Assembly (NCBI GenBank): GCA_030141605.1
Contig: JAQGDQ010000910.1
Location: forward strand, 1 to 64,000
Source: Tubiluchus corallicola
Lineage: Eukaryota; Animalia; Priapulida
Length of the DNA: 64,000 nt
Reading direction: 5' to 3'
Shown: piece after piece, positions 1-13,869 of the stretch
Layout of the letters: each line of letters begins with the position of its first letter
Position numbering within the stretch: position 1 is the stretch's first letter
Program-made: the position numbers and the translations under genes
The notes under the pieces: model-generated
The model's database searches: none
Told to the model about the DNA's origin: nothing
Seen by the model: only the letters and a program-made list of their open reading frames with translations

Positions 1-287
1 GAGTAAACAAAGTCAAAACAACATAGGTACGCAATAACATATATATATGTAAATAAAGTATCAGACACTGTAGAATCCTGGTAAATGAGTCAAGTATATC
101 TGTAGCAGGTCCCAATACCATGTTCAACTGAATGTAAACAAACAAACAAACAATAGAGTAAACAAAGTCAAAGCAACATAGGTATGCAATAACATATATA
201 TATGTAAATAAAGTTTCACACACTGTAGAATCCTGGTAAATGAGTCAAGTACATCTGTAGCAGGTCCCAATACCTTGTTCAACTGAC
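1..287. repeat. Tandem duplication, ~155-bp unit, 2 copies (truncated by the window edge)
   Basis: gagtaaacaaagtcaaa...gttcaactga occurs at 1 and again at 156. Confidence 0.85.
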
Positions 288-528
288 GAACTCACAAAAT
301 TCAAACATTGGCTTCCTAGTACATCCTTTAACTTCTTACACAGACTCATGTACAGCACGCAAAAAGGCTTCTTCAACTTAGAAAGCTACTACTGTATTCT
401 ATACCTAAATTTACAGTCCTTTTTAAGCATGCTAATTAAAAGTAAAAGTTCCCAGTAAGAAAGTTCTTAGTAAATAGCATTAAAATAGTAAAAACTTTAA
501 ATAGTATTAACTACGTTACTTTTGTTAT

Positions 529-880
529 AATAGTAATGTTCATATGTTTGTTGCAACGTTGTTTGTGCATTGTGGTCACCATTGTTCTGTATCTGTCTAG
601 CATTTCACTCTCACTAACAACAGTAATGTTCATATTTATTGCAACGTTGTTTGTACATTGTGGTCACCATTGTTCTGCATCTGTCTAGCATTTCACTCTC
701 ACTAACAATAGTAATGTTCATATTTATTGCAACGGTTTTTGTACATTGTGGTCACCATTGTTCTGCATCTGTCTAGCATTTCACTCTCACTAACAATAGT
801 AATGTTCGTATTTATTGCAACGTTTTTTGTACATTGTGGTCACCATTGTTCTGCATCTGTCTAGCACTTCACTCTCACTA
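529..880. repeat. Minisatellite, ~88-bp unit x4
   Basis: agtaatgttcatatttattgcaacg...cactctcactaa repeats at ~532, 622, 710 and 798. Confidence 0.9.
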
Positions 881-2273
881 AGGGAAAACATATATCAGTT
901 GTAAAACTGTCTGTTTCAGACCTACTCGTATGTTACATCTTCAATAAATCCTATGTTTAAACCAAATTTGTCAGTTCTACAAGCTAATATCTAATACGCA
1001 GTTAAGCCGCACTGTTATAGAACTGCAAGAGACAATAATTTATGAAGAACACAATTCCTACACATAGGAAACTCATCAATGAAAGAAAGTTTATTTGAAC
1101 AGACGCCAACGAAATTTCAAAAAAAGTACATCGACGTAATTGGAATCAGCGCTGGGAGTTCCATTTACGGGGCAAATGTGAACGGGTCTTTACACTAAAG
1201 CTGACTCGGACATACACGCTTTAGTTTGGCATTCATTTTCTAAAACAATTTTGAATTTTTCGCAAGCGGCGAATGAAATGAATAATATTGTATAAACTAT
1301 TGATCATGCATTAATAACAGCGCGATCGTATCAGCGTTTGCGAAGTCGTGGGTTTATTGTTGTTCATTTCCTCCGCTAGAGGTCAGTAACCGCGCATACA
1401 AGCACAGACAATAACAACAACAACAACACGGCAAGAGGGCTATCTCAGCAAAAAGCTCGCTTACAAAACAATACACGTAAAACCTGGTTTTTCTTCCCGA
1501 GATGATTAACAATCATTTAGTTAGAAGTATGCTCAGAAATATACAACGAATTAAACTAAAATTAGGCAAAAAAGGAAAATGAATTATTATGAATTATGAA
1601 TTTATTCCACAGCAACTCAAACATACATATAAATTGATATAACATTGAAAAAAACATAAACTATGCGAGTTACATAAACATAAAAAGAAAGCCCTTTATG
1701 ACAAGCATACGAAACTTTGGCACCAGGGGGGGGGCAGCAGTTGGGGTAGGAAATACATAAATAAATTGGCGTAGAATCTATCATTTGCTACGCCCCATTC
1801 ACAACACGAAAATACAGTGGACAATGGCTAACAGTTATGCATGACTTCTGGCTACATTGTACAGCAAGCAGCAATGGAACTGTTACTTATAATACAAGTA
1901 CTATTATAACAATAAATTCTACTATAATAGCACGATATTTAAAATCGAATCGCGAATCTAGGTTGCAGGTGGCGAAAGATGTTGACGATCTCCATCATCC
2001 CCACTCCCGCTGGAATGTTTGCCAAGTGCGCAGTTGCCGGTAGGAAAGCTGGGAAGCGTTGAAAAACCCTGCTCGCCCGACGACCTCACCTCGATCTAGA
2101 ACTTGGCACCGTGCCACGTGGAAAAGTTCGTCGCGCTAGCAGCAAAACTAGGAACTCGAGAGAGTTCACCGCGTCAACAAAAGTCTGATGAATATGGGGG
2201 GCAATTTCATATTTCCCGGGCAAAAATAAGGACAAATGTAACGCTGCATTCTTGGTCAAAATGACAATTGCAT

Positions 2274-3180
<907 letters not shown>

Positions 3181-4498
3181 AATTGTCATGAATGCACTGG
3201 ATCAAAATGCATTTCTCCGTCGATTGTTGTAGAATTAAAACTATGACAAACATGATTTTGTGTCAGCAAAGGCTAAAATAAGAGGCCAGGGACGAGCGTC
3301 CTCATTTCAGCAGCTATGCAAGCACACACTAACGATAAACAAGTCTAATACAATACACGCGCCCTCCTAAACTTAGCGAGAACTCTATTTTGAAAACTGT
3401 CAACAAGTACATAGACATAGAACATTTATTTTCTCCAATTAGTTTAACATCAAAAGTTTTTTAAATATTAAGTAATTATAATCATGGAACAGGGCAGGGA
3501 CGGACCATAGGGTCATCTAGTCTCCTGCCCTTTCTTATAAATAGATTAGTCATATTAAAAATTAACGGCGATGTTGCAGATAACAAAAACAAATAAGAAA
3601 AATATACAAATAAAAACAGTATAAATGATACAAATTATCCAAAAACAACTGAAAACAAAAAAATAATAAAGTTGGATACCAAAATCTAAACAAAACAATA
3701 CAATTATTCAGTAATTAGGATTATCATATGTAGTAGTTTCAAATGGGGTCTTATTAACAGGTACCGTTTCTCGCGCTGCTGTTTATGTATTGTTTTTATG
3801 CATCCACTATATTTACAGTACCCAGTTACGTCATAAAAGATGATTTGCACAGATGAACCAGTGACCCCTGCGGTGATTCGATTCACTGGTCAGCTTGACC
3901 TCAATTAGCAAAATTTCAATGTTAGTCTGATTGACCTTGCCTCGTAAATTTGAACAAGATAAACAATTTCAGGGTCACTTACTAAATTCAAAACATTTAA
4001 ATTCAAAGCCGTCAGTCAGCCTTCCAAACGCTGTTTGCTTTTAAAACAGATTTACGGCAGAACTGATAACTTGGGGCTCACATTAACCGTCTCCGAAAAC
4101 GCCTCCCCCTATTTCCAATAATGAGCGCGTCCAGCACACAAAGCCGTCACGTTACGAAGAAGACAACTACGCGTCATCGGGACGCGAAAGGGAATCGGGA
4201 AGGGAGAGTCCTTTATGCTCGAGCAAGGCGGATGTTGACAGAAGCAGAGAGTGAACAGCTGTACTCTGAACACGCACGGCAGACGTAGCATAAATAAAAA
4301 TTCTTTGAAGACTAGAATCCGGTATCTGGAACTACGTAACATGTAAAACGTACACTAATATTATGACAAAACACCAGCAGTGCTTGTTAACGTAGTTAAC
4401 GCCTAGAGCCCCGCGTTCTAGAATTTTCCAGAGAAACGTGTTGCTAGTAGACAAAACATGCAACGGTTACAGCCAAATCAACAGCCATGAGCACACAC

Positions 4499-4910
4499 AT
4501 TAAAAGCAAATCATAAAGCTGAAATCGACGCGTTTTAAAGGCGAAATTACAGAAACATTTAGGGTATTAGATGGCCAAAGAAAATTTCAAACAAAGATCT
4601 ATATGAAAAATAAAAGAACCTTGGACAAGAAAAATAAAAAACGACGTTTAAGATGGATTGGGCATATGCTTAGACTACCTGATGACGTTCCAGTGAAGAT
4701 AGCTCTTCAACAAGCCATAGAACCAGCTAAAAAACCTGCAGGAGGACAAATGTTAATATATTTAGATTTTGCACAGAAAGATTTAAACACTTCAGCATTG
4801 ATCCTTAGAAATAAATGCACTTGGGGCATTGCAGCGTGTAGGGAGTCCTGGCATAGGGAGGTGAGCAGTATCATGTCCCTGGACGTTAGATTCATTGAAG
4901 AAGAAGAAGA
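4499..4910 (+). mobile_element. 5'-truncated RTE-clade LINE fragment with (GAA)n tail
   Basis: Encodes RRLRWIGHMLRLPDDVPVKIAL, typical of the RTE ORF C-terminus. Ends in gaagaagaaga. The 9-bp direct repeat agcacacac flanks it at 4490 and 4911. Confidence 0.75.
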
Positions 4911-5029
4911 AGCACACACGCACACACACAGACATCAACTATACTGCGTCCAAGTGCATTATGTAATACAGTTATTACGCTATGTATGATGTAATGAATA
5001 CGTTTATATAATAATAATTATTATTATTA

Positions 5030-5900
5030 TGAGGTTATTTCGTATAAAATTATACAGTTTACAAAGATAAAGATGTTAGTAAAACAGATAATGCGATGTT
5101 AGTAAAGTAACATATCTACAGACATTCAACTTTATAATAACCACACATTGTAGCACCCTTGTACAGTATACAGTGTTGTAAGGAGCTATAATAGATATCT
5201 TAAAACATAATCTTTAAATGAGTTCTTAACCTTTAATTTTACATTTTCGTTTAGATCTACAGTACAGTTACAGTGATATTTAAATCTTAAATTTACTTGA
5301 CTATTATTTACATAGTAGCATAGCTTTGGAATTCTCAATGTGCAAGAGTTTACAATTTTTCTCACAAAGTTTGATTTTCGACTATCTATTAAATAATTCC
5401 TGATCCAGACAATTAAAATGTATTTTAATGTCCACGACAATGTAAACTTTGCTGATTTAGCTCACTTCTTTGAGCACACTAATTGTTATATAATATGTTA
5501 TGAAATTTTGCAACTTTTATGCTGATGTACCTTGTATGCATAACACTGTTTTTAATGCTATAACCTTGAGTAAGAAATGTACGTAAAGTGACAATCTGGA
5601 CTAAAATCACTAATGTATCGATTGTGGCATTTACCTCGTTCCTCGTGTAACTTGTTTTAGTCAATAAACTGCATAAATACATATTAAGAATTTTGAAATA
5701 TTAACCTTTACTGATTATTTGTCAAGTTATCTAAACGTACACGACACATATTTGATGATCTGCTAAACAACTTTGAAATAGTGGTTTGTTTAAATCCAGT
5801 AAGTAAATTTGTTTATTTACAATATAACGAGACTAATGCTTTAAACTCAAAGCACGCTGCCTGTTCTTTTGTGAAACAGTGCAAATAGACTTACACTAAA
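5030..5900 (-). mobile_element. Degenerate LINE-like 3' fragment, dispersed family
   Basis: The segment 5030-5390 recurs inverted at ~11230-11590 and direct at ~49240-49590. Broken minus-strand ORFs end next to a (TAA)n tail. The LINE assignment is inferred. Confidence 0.6.
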
Positions 5901-6611
5901 AAATGTACTCAACAAACAAGAATTACGAATTAATTAATTAAGGACGCTAATTAATTTAGGAAAAATAACCGTAGCAACAGTTTCTACAGACGCGATGTCA
6001 ATATAGAGTGATCATGTATAAGTGTCCCAACCCAAATACATGGCCCATTATAATTATTACAACGTATTTGTGGCGAACACGAATTTGTAGTAATTTTCTG
6101 CCTTACATAAGCTGTCATTTTGTCAAATAAATTTCGAAGATTTATTGACACTTTGCGCCCGTTTCTTAAAAGGATTACGCCATCTTGGGTCAACCATTTT
6201 AAAGCTCAAATCGAAACACAATGGCCGAAGCAGGCGTGAAAACTGGGGCAAGTAATTCAACCGGTGTATGTATAGTACAGCACCATTGATTGCAGAATGA
6301 CACGCTACGTAACATATTCTAGGTCACACAACTGTGCAGTGAGTAGTAATGAAGGCTGAGCCACGTCAGCTTTGAGTAATACAGTAAACACTTTCTTGCT
6401 TTAAAGGGTACGAAAAGAAAATTTTACAATATGTAGATCCCAAAGAACTTTCCATAGAACGTTAGACTTCTTAGGATCACGCATACCTGTTTGAAAGTAT
6501 CCATGTTTGAAAATAACGGGTACATTTTAGCAAACACGACGCACTAACATTCATTATTAAAGAGAAAATATCTAAAATGATTGACCAGAAGCATGCAAAA
6601 TTTATGTCTAA

Positions 6612-8955
6612 ATGAATGGTTAGGGTCAGAAGAATGAGTGAATGAAAGAATGGTTAGGATCAGAAGAATGAGTGAATGAAAGAATGGTTAGGGTCAGAAG
6701 AAATGAGTGAATGAAAGAATGGTTAGGATCAGAAGAAATGAGTGAATGAAAGAATGGTTAGGATCAGAAGAAATGAGTGAATGAAAGAATGGTTAGGGTC
6801 AGAAGAAATGAGTGAATGAAAGAATGGTTAGGGTCAGAAGAAATGAGTGAATGAAAGAATGGTTAGGATCAGAAGAAATGAGTGAATGAAAGAATGGTTA
6901 GGATCAGAAGAAATGAGTGAATGAAAGAATGGTTAGGATCAGAAGAAATGATGGAATGAAAGAACGGTTAGGATCAGAAGAAATGAGTGAATGAAAGAAC
7001 GGTTAGGATCAGAAGAAATGAGTGAATGAAAGAATGGTTAGGATCAGAAGAAATGAGTGAATGAAAGAATGGTTAGGATCAGAAGAAATGAGTGAATGAA
7101 AGAATGGTTAGGGTCAGAAGAAATGAGTGAATGAAAGAATGGTTAGGGTGAGAAGAAATGATGGAATGAAAGAACGGTTAGGATCAGAAGAAATGAGTGA
7201 ATGAAAGAATGGTTAGGATCAGAAGAAATGAGTGAATGAAAGAATGGTTAGGATCAGAAGAAATGATGGAATGAAAGAACGGTTAGGATCAGAAGAAATG
7301 AGTGAATGAAAGAACGGTTAGGATCAGAAGAAATGAGTGAATGAAAGAATGGTTAGGATCAGAAGAAATGAGTGAATGAAAGAATGGTTAGGATCAGAAG
7401 AAATGAGTGAATGAAAGAACGGTTAGGATCAGAAGAAATGAGTGAATGAAAGAATGGTTAGGATCAGAAGAAATGAGTGAATGAAAGAACGGTTAGGATC
7501 AGAAGAAATGAGTGAATGAAAGAATGGTTAGGGTCAGAAGAAATGAGTGAATGAAAGAATGGTTAGGGTGAGAAGAAATGAGTGAATGAAAGAATGGTTA
7601 GGATCAGAAGAAATGAGTGAATGAAAGAACGGTTAGGATCAGAAGAAATGAGTGAATGAAAGAATGGTTAGGGTCAGAAGAAATGAGTGAATGAAAGAAC
7701 GGTTAGGGTGAGAAGAAATGAGTGAATGAAAGAATGGTTAGGGTCAGAAGAAATGAGTGAATGAAAAAATGGTTAGGATCAGAAGAAATGAGTGAATGAA
7801 AGAATGGTTAGGGTCAGAAGAAATGAGTGAATGAAAGAATGGTTAGGATCAGAAGAAATGAGCGAATGAAAGAACGGTTAGGATCAGAAGAAATGAGTGA
7901 ATGAAAGAACGGTTAGGATCAGAAGAAATGAGTGAATGAAAGAATGGTTAGGATCAGAAGAAATGAGTGAATGAAAGAATGGTTAGGATCAGAAGAAATG
8001 AGTGAATGAAAGAATGGTTAGGGTCAGAAGAAATGAGTGAATGAAAGAATGGTTAGGGTGAGAAGAAATGATGGAATGAAAGAACGGTTAGGATCAGAAG
8101 AAATGAGTGAATGAAAGAATGGTTAGGATCAGAAGAAATGAGTGAATGAAAGAATGGTTAGGATCAGAAGAAATGATGGAATGAAAGAACGGTTAGGATC
8201 AGAAGAAATGAGTGAATGAAAGAACGGTTAGGATCAGAAGAAATGAGTGAATGAAAGAATGGTTAGGATCAGAAGAAATGAGTGAATGAAAGAATGGTTA
8301 GGATCAGAAGAAATGAGTGAATGAAAGAACGGTTAGGATCAGAAGAAATGAGTGAATGAAAGAATGGTTAGGATCAGAAGAAATGAGTGAATGAAAGAAT
8401 GGTTAGTGTGAGAAGAAATGAGTGAATGAAAGAACGGTTATGGTCAGAAGAAATGATGGAATGAAAGAATGGTTAGGGTCAGAAGAAATGAGCGAATGAA
8501 AGAACGGTTAGGATCAGAAGAAATGAGTGAATGAAAGAATGGTTAGGATCAGAAGAAATGATGGAATGAAAGAATGGTTAGGATCAGAAGAAATGAGTGA
8601 ATGAAAGAATGGTTAGGATCAGAAGAAATGAGTGAATGAAAGAATGGTTAGGATCAGAAGAAATGATGGAATGAAAGAACGGTTAGGGTCAGAAGAAATG
8701 AGTGAATGAAAGAATGGTTAGGGACAGAAGAAATGATGGAATGAAAGAAAGTGAATGAAAGAATGGTTAGGATCAGAAGAAATGAGTGAAGGAAAGAATG
8801 GTTAGGATCAGAAGAAATGAGTGAATGAAAGAATGGTTAGGGACAGAAGAAATGATGGAATGAAAGAAAGTGAATGAAAGAATGGTTAGGATCAGAAGAA
8901 ATGAGTGAAGGAAAGAATGGTTAGAGTCAGAAGAAATGAGTGAAGGAAAGAATCG
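6612..8955. repeat. Purine-rich minisatellite, 35-bp unit, ~67 copies
   Basis: Unit agaagaaatgagtgaatgaaagaatggttaggatc. Some variants contain GGTTAGGG. Confidence 0.97.
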
Positions 8956-8970
8956 TAAATGGATAAGAAG

Positions 8971-9170
8971 CTTCTTTCTTTCTCAGTTGTGTTCGCCATG
9001 AGTTACTTGAGCAAAAAATACTTCAGTGACTTGCTAGGTCTATCCTGAAGGATTTGGTCCACAGCTCCTTATTTGAATATTCGGAGCACCCTGGCTCGTG
9101 AGCCAGGGGTCCCCCATCCGCCACCCGGGGGATGCGCCCGGTAGGGGTTTACTCTACCCGGTAGGGGTTT
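8971..9170 (-). mobile_element. Short GC-rich element resembling an RTE 5' UTR joined to a (GAAA)n 3' end
   Basis: Minus strand reads aaacccctaccgggcgcatcccccgggtggcggatgggggacccctggctcacgagccagggtgctccgaatattcaaataagg...actgagaaagaaagaag. Similarity to RTE 5' UTRs is from memory. No TSD seen. Confidence 0.45.
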
Positions 9171-10577
9171 AATTATTCTTAATAATTAAAATATTCTCGG
9201 CACCCGCTAAAACGGCACTGCATCGCCATCCGAGCGTGCTTTACAAAATTTCAATACCAAAAGAAAACATTACTGATCTTATGGACAATATAAAGTAATT
9301 TAAACTTTTGCTTAGTTAGTGAAGAGTGTGGCACGAATGCTCTGATTATTTTTCAAACTTTTACCAATGTTATCTAAACTTGTTTCAGAACACTTACCCT
9401 TACACTGGCTGCATCTAACGGTCAATTTACAAGCTTAAAACACCGTTACTGTTAAATACAAGTTCTGCATGCAACAGGATAGCCTGTAAGTGATGAAAAA
9501 TGTAATAAGTTTTGTTTATATGAAAAGTGTTTGCTGGTGCTTTTTTCAAATTTCGTAACAAACTACGTCATATGGTCACTCATTTATTCCCTTCGCTCCA
9601 ATAAGCATGCCAAACTGAACAAATATCCTTTTCGCTAGAAACGTCGTTTAGAAATGCAGTTAGGAATGCGCAGCGTGGCTCAAAAATACTACAAAATGGC
9701 TAAGCTAACATACAAAAACTGCCTATAACGTATCAGAAGTTAACATATCTGTGACTGTATCCCGTAAACGGCTAATAAAATGGGGGAAAATATTGGAGAT
9801 TTTTCTACTAACCTGCGCGCCAGTAATGTTGCAACACGATGATGCAATACAAGCATGGTATGACGTCATTCATGCTTTACTGTTGCATCATCAGCATCAC
9901 ACACACAGTTCATTCACAGCATTAAACCATTAGCTAAGCTCCCACCCAAAAGATATATATATATATGTATATATAATAATCTTTATTTGCCATTAAAATT
10001 CATTGATAATCACTGATAAAAACTTTACAGAGATGATCAATCAGTGTTAGTTAATAAAAACTTACACTGCTGAAGGCAAATGCGTCAGTGCAATCTAAAC
10101 TACTTTGCAGTAATGGAAAGTAACGACGAATAAAATCAAACATATTTACAACTATGCACAAAAAAATGAAAAACTATGATTTAATTAATATGGCCGTGGA
10201 TATATGAATTCTGAATTAGTGTGTATGTTGTCGTACTGGTGTGATGGTATTTCATATCTGGTTAATATCAGTGATTTTAATTTTGCTTTAAATGCTGATA
10301 GGGACTTGATTTGTTTAACCTGTAATGGTAGAGAATTCCAAAGTAGAATTGCATACATTCATTATGATGCAATACAATCATGGTTTTACGTAGTTCATGC
10401 TTTACTATTGCATCATCAGCATCAGCAACACACACACACAGTTTCATTCACAGCATTAAACCGTTAGCTAGCTCACCCCCCCCCCCACCATAAATATAAC
10501 ACCATCCTTGAGCGAGGGCTCGAAAGGCTTAGTAACCTATAACAACACCAACCCAAGCCGCCTGCAATTATACAATA

Positions 10578-11120
10578 ATGACCATCATACCGGCCAACAG
10601 TTTATCAATATCGCCAGGGCAGCTATGTCCATATGTCAGCGGCACTCTTGACCATAACACACAAACAAAGCTGTCCACTGTTGACGTAAACAATGGTCAA
10701 AACATCTGCTCATTCCCACTCCATCCAAACAGCGAAACGGAGACAGTCACACTAGCTTCAAATGTTCTAGTACCAAAGTTACTACAAACGCGTTTGGCTA
10801 GACCATTTTTTGGCTACGCCCCCCTGAGCGATCCAGCCACTGACCTCCCATATAAACAAAATTTACCACTAGACTGGCTAGACGCGTTCCCGATGTTTAC
10901 AAATTGGGAAACAAATTATAAGCAACTGTTGGCAAAAGGAAACTCAACAACAAACGACTGGGTTTCAAGCAGCGATGGTCAACAACTCTTTACATTCGCC
11001 ACCAGGGGGGGCCAGAATTACTATGACAATATTGTGAGAGAATACTGTACATTATTTGTTCTGGAAATGTTATCCTTACTTGAAAATACAGTGTGCATGG
11101 TTACACATGATGTAAGTTGA
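10578..11120 (+). CDS. Orphan ORF, 180 aa, unknown product
   Basis: ATG-initiated, non-repetitive and more C-rich than its surroundings. No recognised motif. Confidence 0.25.
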   Translation: MTIIPANSLSISPGQLCPYVSGTLDHNTQTKLSTVDVNNGQNICSFPLHPNSETETVTLASNVLVPKLLQTRLARPFFGYAPLSDPATDLPYKQNLPLDWLDAFPMFTNWETNYKQLLAKGNSTTNDWVSSSDGQQLFTFATRGGQNYYDNIVREYCTLFVLEMLSLLENTVCMVTHDVS

Positions 11121-11229
11121 TGTAAGTAAAATGGAAACATGTGATACGCTTTCTTTTTCCATATGTAAGTTTCTTCTTCATATATGTATTGTTAATGTAT
11201 TTTTGTGACACAATTTTTTGATATTTAAT

Positions 11230-11590
11230 AGATAGTCAAAAATTAAACTTTGTGAGAAAAATTGTAAACTCTTACACATTGAGAATTCCAAAGCTATGCT
11301 ACTATGTAAATAACAGTCGAGTAAATTTAAGATTTAAATATGGTTGTACTGTAGATCTAAACGCAAATGTAAAATTAAAGGTTAAGAACTCATTTAAAGA
11401 TTATGTTTTAAGATATCTATTATAGCTCCTTACAACACTGTATACTTTAATATTACAAGGGTACTACAATGTGTGGTTATTATAAGGTTGAATGTCTGTA
11501 GATATGTTACTTTACTAATATCGCATTACCTATTTTACTAACATCTTTATCTTTGTAAACTGTATATTTTTATACGAAATAAACTCATAA
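11230..11590 (+). mobile_element. Copy of the dispersed LINE-like 3' fragment
   Basis: Reverse complement of ~5030-5390. Confidence 0.7.
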
Positions 11591-12659
11591 TATATATATA
11601 TATATATATATATAAAGAAGTATATATATAGTTTCATCATGCTAGTTGGGGCAACTTATATTACATACACATAAACTTGCTTTTACAAGCTGCCATCACA
11701 TGATTCACAAAACGGAACCGGAAATGGTGAATCATTCTGCAACACGCACGCAAATAACCTTCGTAAGGCGCGCTGATTTAAACTCAAAGACTGGTTGGTC
11801 AGTCCACAGAGCGGGCGGTTCTCAGCGTTTGCTAAACGGTCCCCCCTCTTTTCCACCCCGAGCTAAAGCATTCTCACAATCAGAAAAATGCAAATGGCGT
11901 CAGATAGACAACAAGACTCAACACGTTTGTCAAATAGTCAAAATGTATCTTTCGCAACTTATTTCCCAGATCCGTAATACCACACAGCGTGTCTACAGCG
12001 TTTAGCCAGTGGTCAATTTACATCTCGAAAACTTTCGAGTGACCCTCCCCCTCGCCCCCCCCCCCTCATAAGCACCCAGTCTTCTTCACCAGGTTGAAGT
12101 CAACGAGTCAGAAGACTCTCTTTCAATTAGGGTTAATCGAAAAACAATGAATTAAGTCTTCACGCAAGAAAGTATGCCGTCTACTTAGTTAAAGGAAAGA
12201 TCATGCGTTCTGGAAAGTTTTGGTTAAAGAGATCATGCGTTCTGGAAAGTTTTGGTTAAAGGAAAGATCATGCGTTCTGGTAAGTTTATTTCAAGGTTTG
12301 TGAAAAATGACAGAAAGATCTAATTCTAATAGAAGCGTGAAAGGCACCTCGACTAATTAGAAAAGTCCCATTATTTCACGCTTGGCTTTCCATTTTGAGC
12401 GCCATTTTTCCACCAGCGACGTCACTCATTGACTGAGGAAAAGCAGCGCAGTGTCAATTTTCATCAAAAGTATAATGAGTTTTTACAAAAAATAGTTTAC
12501 TAATTTAGTGATATTTTTGCATAAACAATGGGTAAGCTGCAGAACTTTAAAAATTAGTTTAAGCAACACGCGTTTACGAAAAGCCTCAATGTGCTTACGG
12601 AAACTCACGAAGCGGACCAGTTACATTATACCTTTCAAGTGAATGACGGTAACACCACA

Positions 12660-13577
12660 CCTGAAAACCTCTATACTGTGGCAGCATAAATGAACTTTAT
12701 GCTTTATAGACAGCCTGAAAACCTCTATACTCTGGTAGCATAAATGAACTTTATGCTTTATAGACAGCCTGAAAACCTCTATACTGCGGCAGCATAAATG
12801 AACTTTATGCTTTATAGACAGCCTGAAAACCTCTATACTCTGGTAGCATAAATGAACTTTATGCTTTATAGACAGCCTGAAAACCTCTATACTCTGGTAG
12901 CATAAATGAACTTTATGCTTTATAGACAGCCTGAAAACCTCTATAGTGTGACAGCATAAATTAACGTTATGCTTTATAGACAGCGTGAAAACCTCTATAC
13001 TGCGGCAGCATAAATGAACTTTATGCTTTATAGACAGCCTGAAAACCTCTATACTGCGGCAGCATAAATGAACTTTATGCTTTATAGACAGCCTGAAAAC
13101 CTCTATACTGCGGCAGCATAAATGAACTTTATGCTTTATAGACAGCGTGAAAACCTCTATACTGAGGCAGCATAAATGAACTTTATGCTTTATAGACAGC
13201 GTGAAAACCTCTATACTCTGGTAGTATAAATGAACTTTATGCTTTATAGACAGCCTGAAAACCTCTATACTCTGGTAGCATAAATGAACTTTATGCTTTA
13301 TAGACAGCCTGAAAACCTCTATACTGCGGCAGCATAAATGAACTTTATGCTTTATAGACAGCCTGAAAACCTCTATACTGCGGCAGCATAGATTAACTTT
13401 ATGCTTTATAGACAGCGTGAAAACCTCTATACTGCGGCAGCATAAATGAACTTTATGCTTTATAGACAGCCTGAAAACCTCTATACTGTGGCAGCATAAA
13501 TGAAGTTTATGCTTTATAGACAGCCTGAAAACCTCTATCCTGCGGCAGCATAAATGAACTTTATGCTTTATAGACAG
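12660..13577. repeat. Minisatellite, 54-bp unit x17, each unit with an internal hairpin
   Basis: Unit cctgaaaacctctatactgcggcagcataaatgaactttatgctttatagacag. Confidence 0.95.
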
Positions 13578-13869
13578 TCTTCTTTGTGTAATTCTTTGTG
13601 AAATGATAACAGCAAAATAAACCCAACACGTGCTAAGAGAGTCTCTTCCTTTAATTATATTCTACTCTACTAAATTCCATGCTTCCCATCACACGACCCT
13701 CCCTTTTTTACTGACTTGATAAGCATTTTACAATCGGTTAGCAGTGTCGCAACATCGGTATCTATTTTTGCATCAGACCGCGTAAAACGAAATCCAGATG
13801 TGAGATTTTCAGCTAAAATAATCTAAACAGACCCGCAAAAACTATTCGCAGAAACCAGGCTAAAACAGG

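Noticed and set aside
4145-4341. Possible solo LTR (cgttacg...cgtaaca with AATAAA)
   Set aside because: The 5' end is not TG and no TSD was found.
6221-6272. Possible plus-strand first exon MAEAGVKTGASNSTG|GTATGT
   Set aside because: Too short, with no downstream exons or homology.
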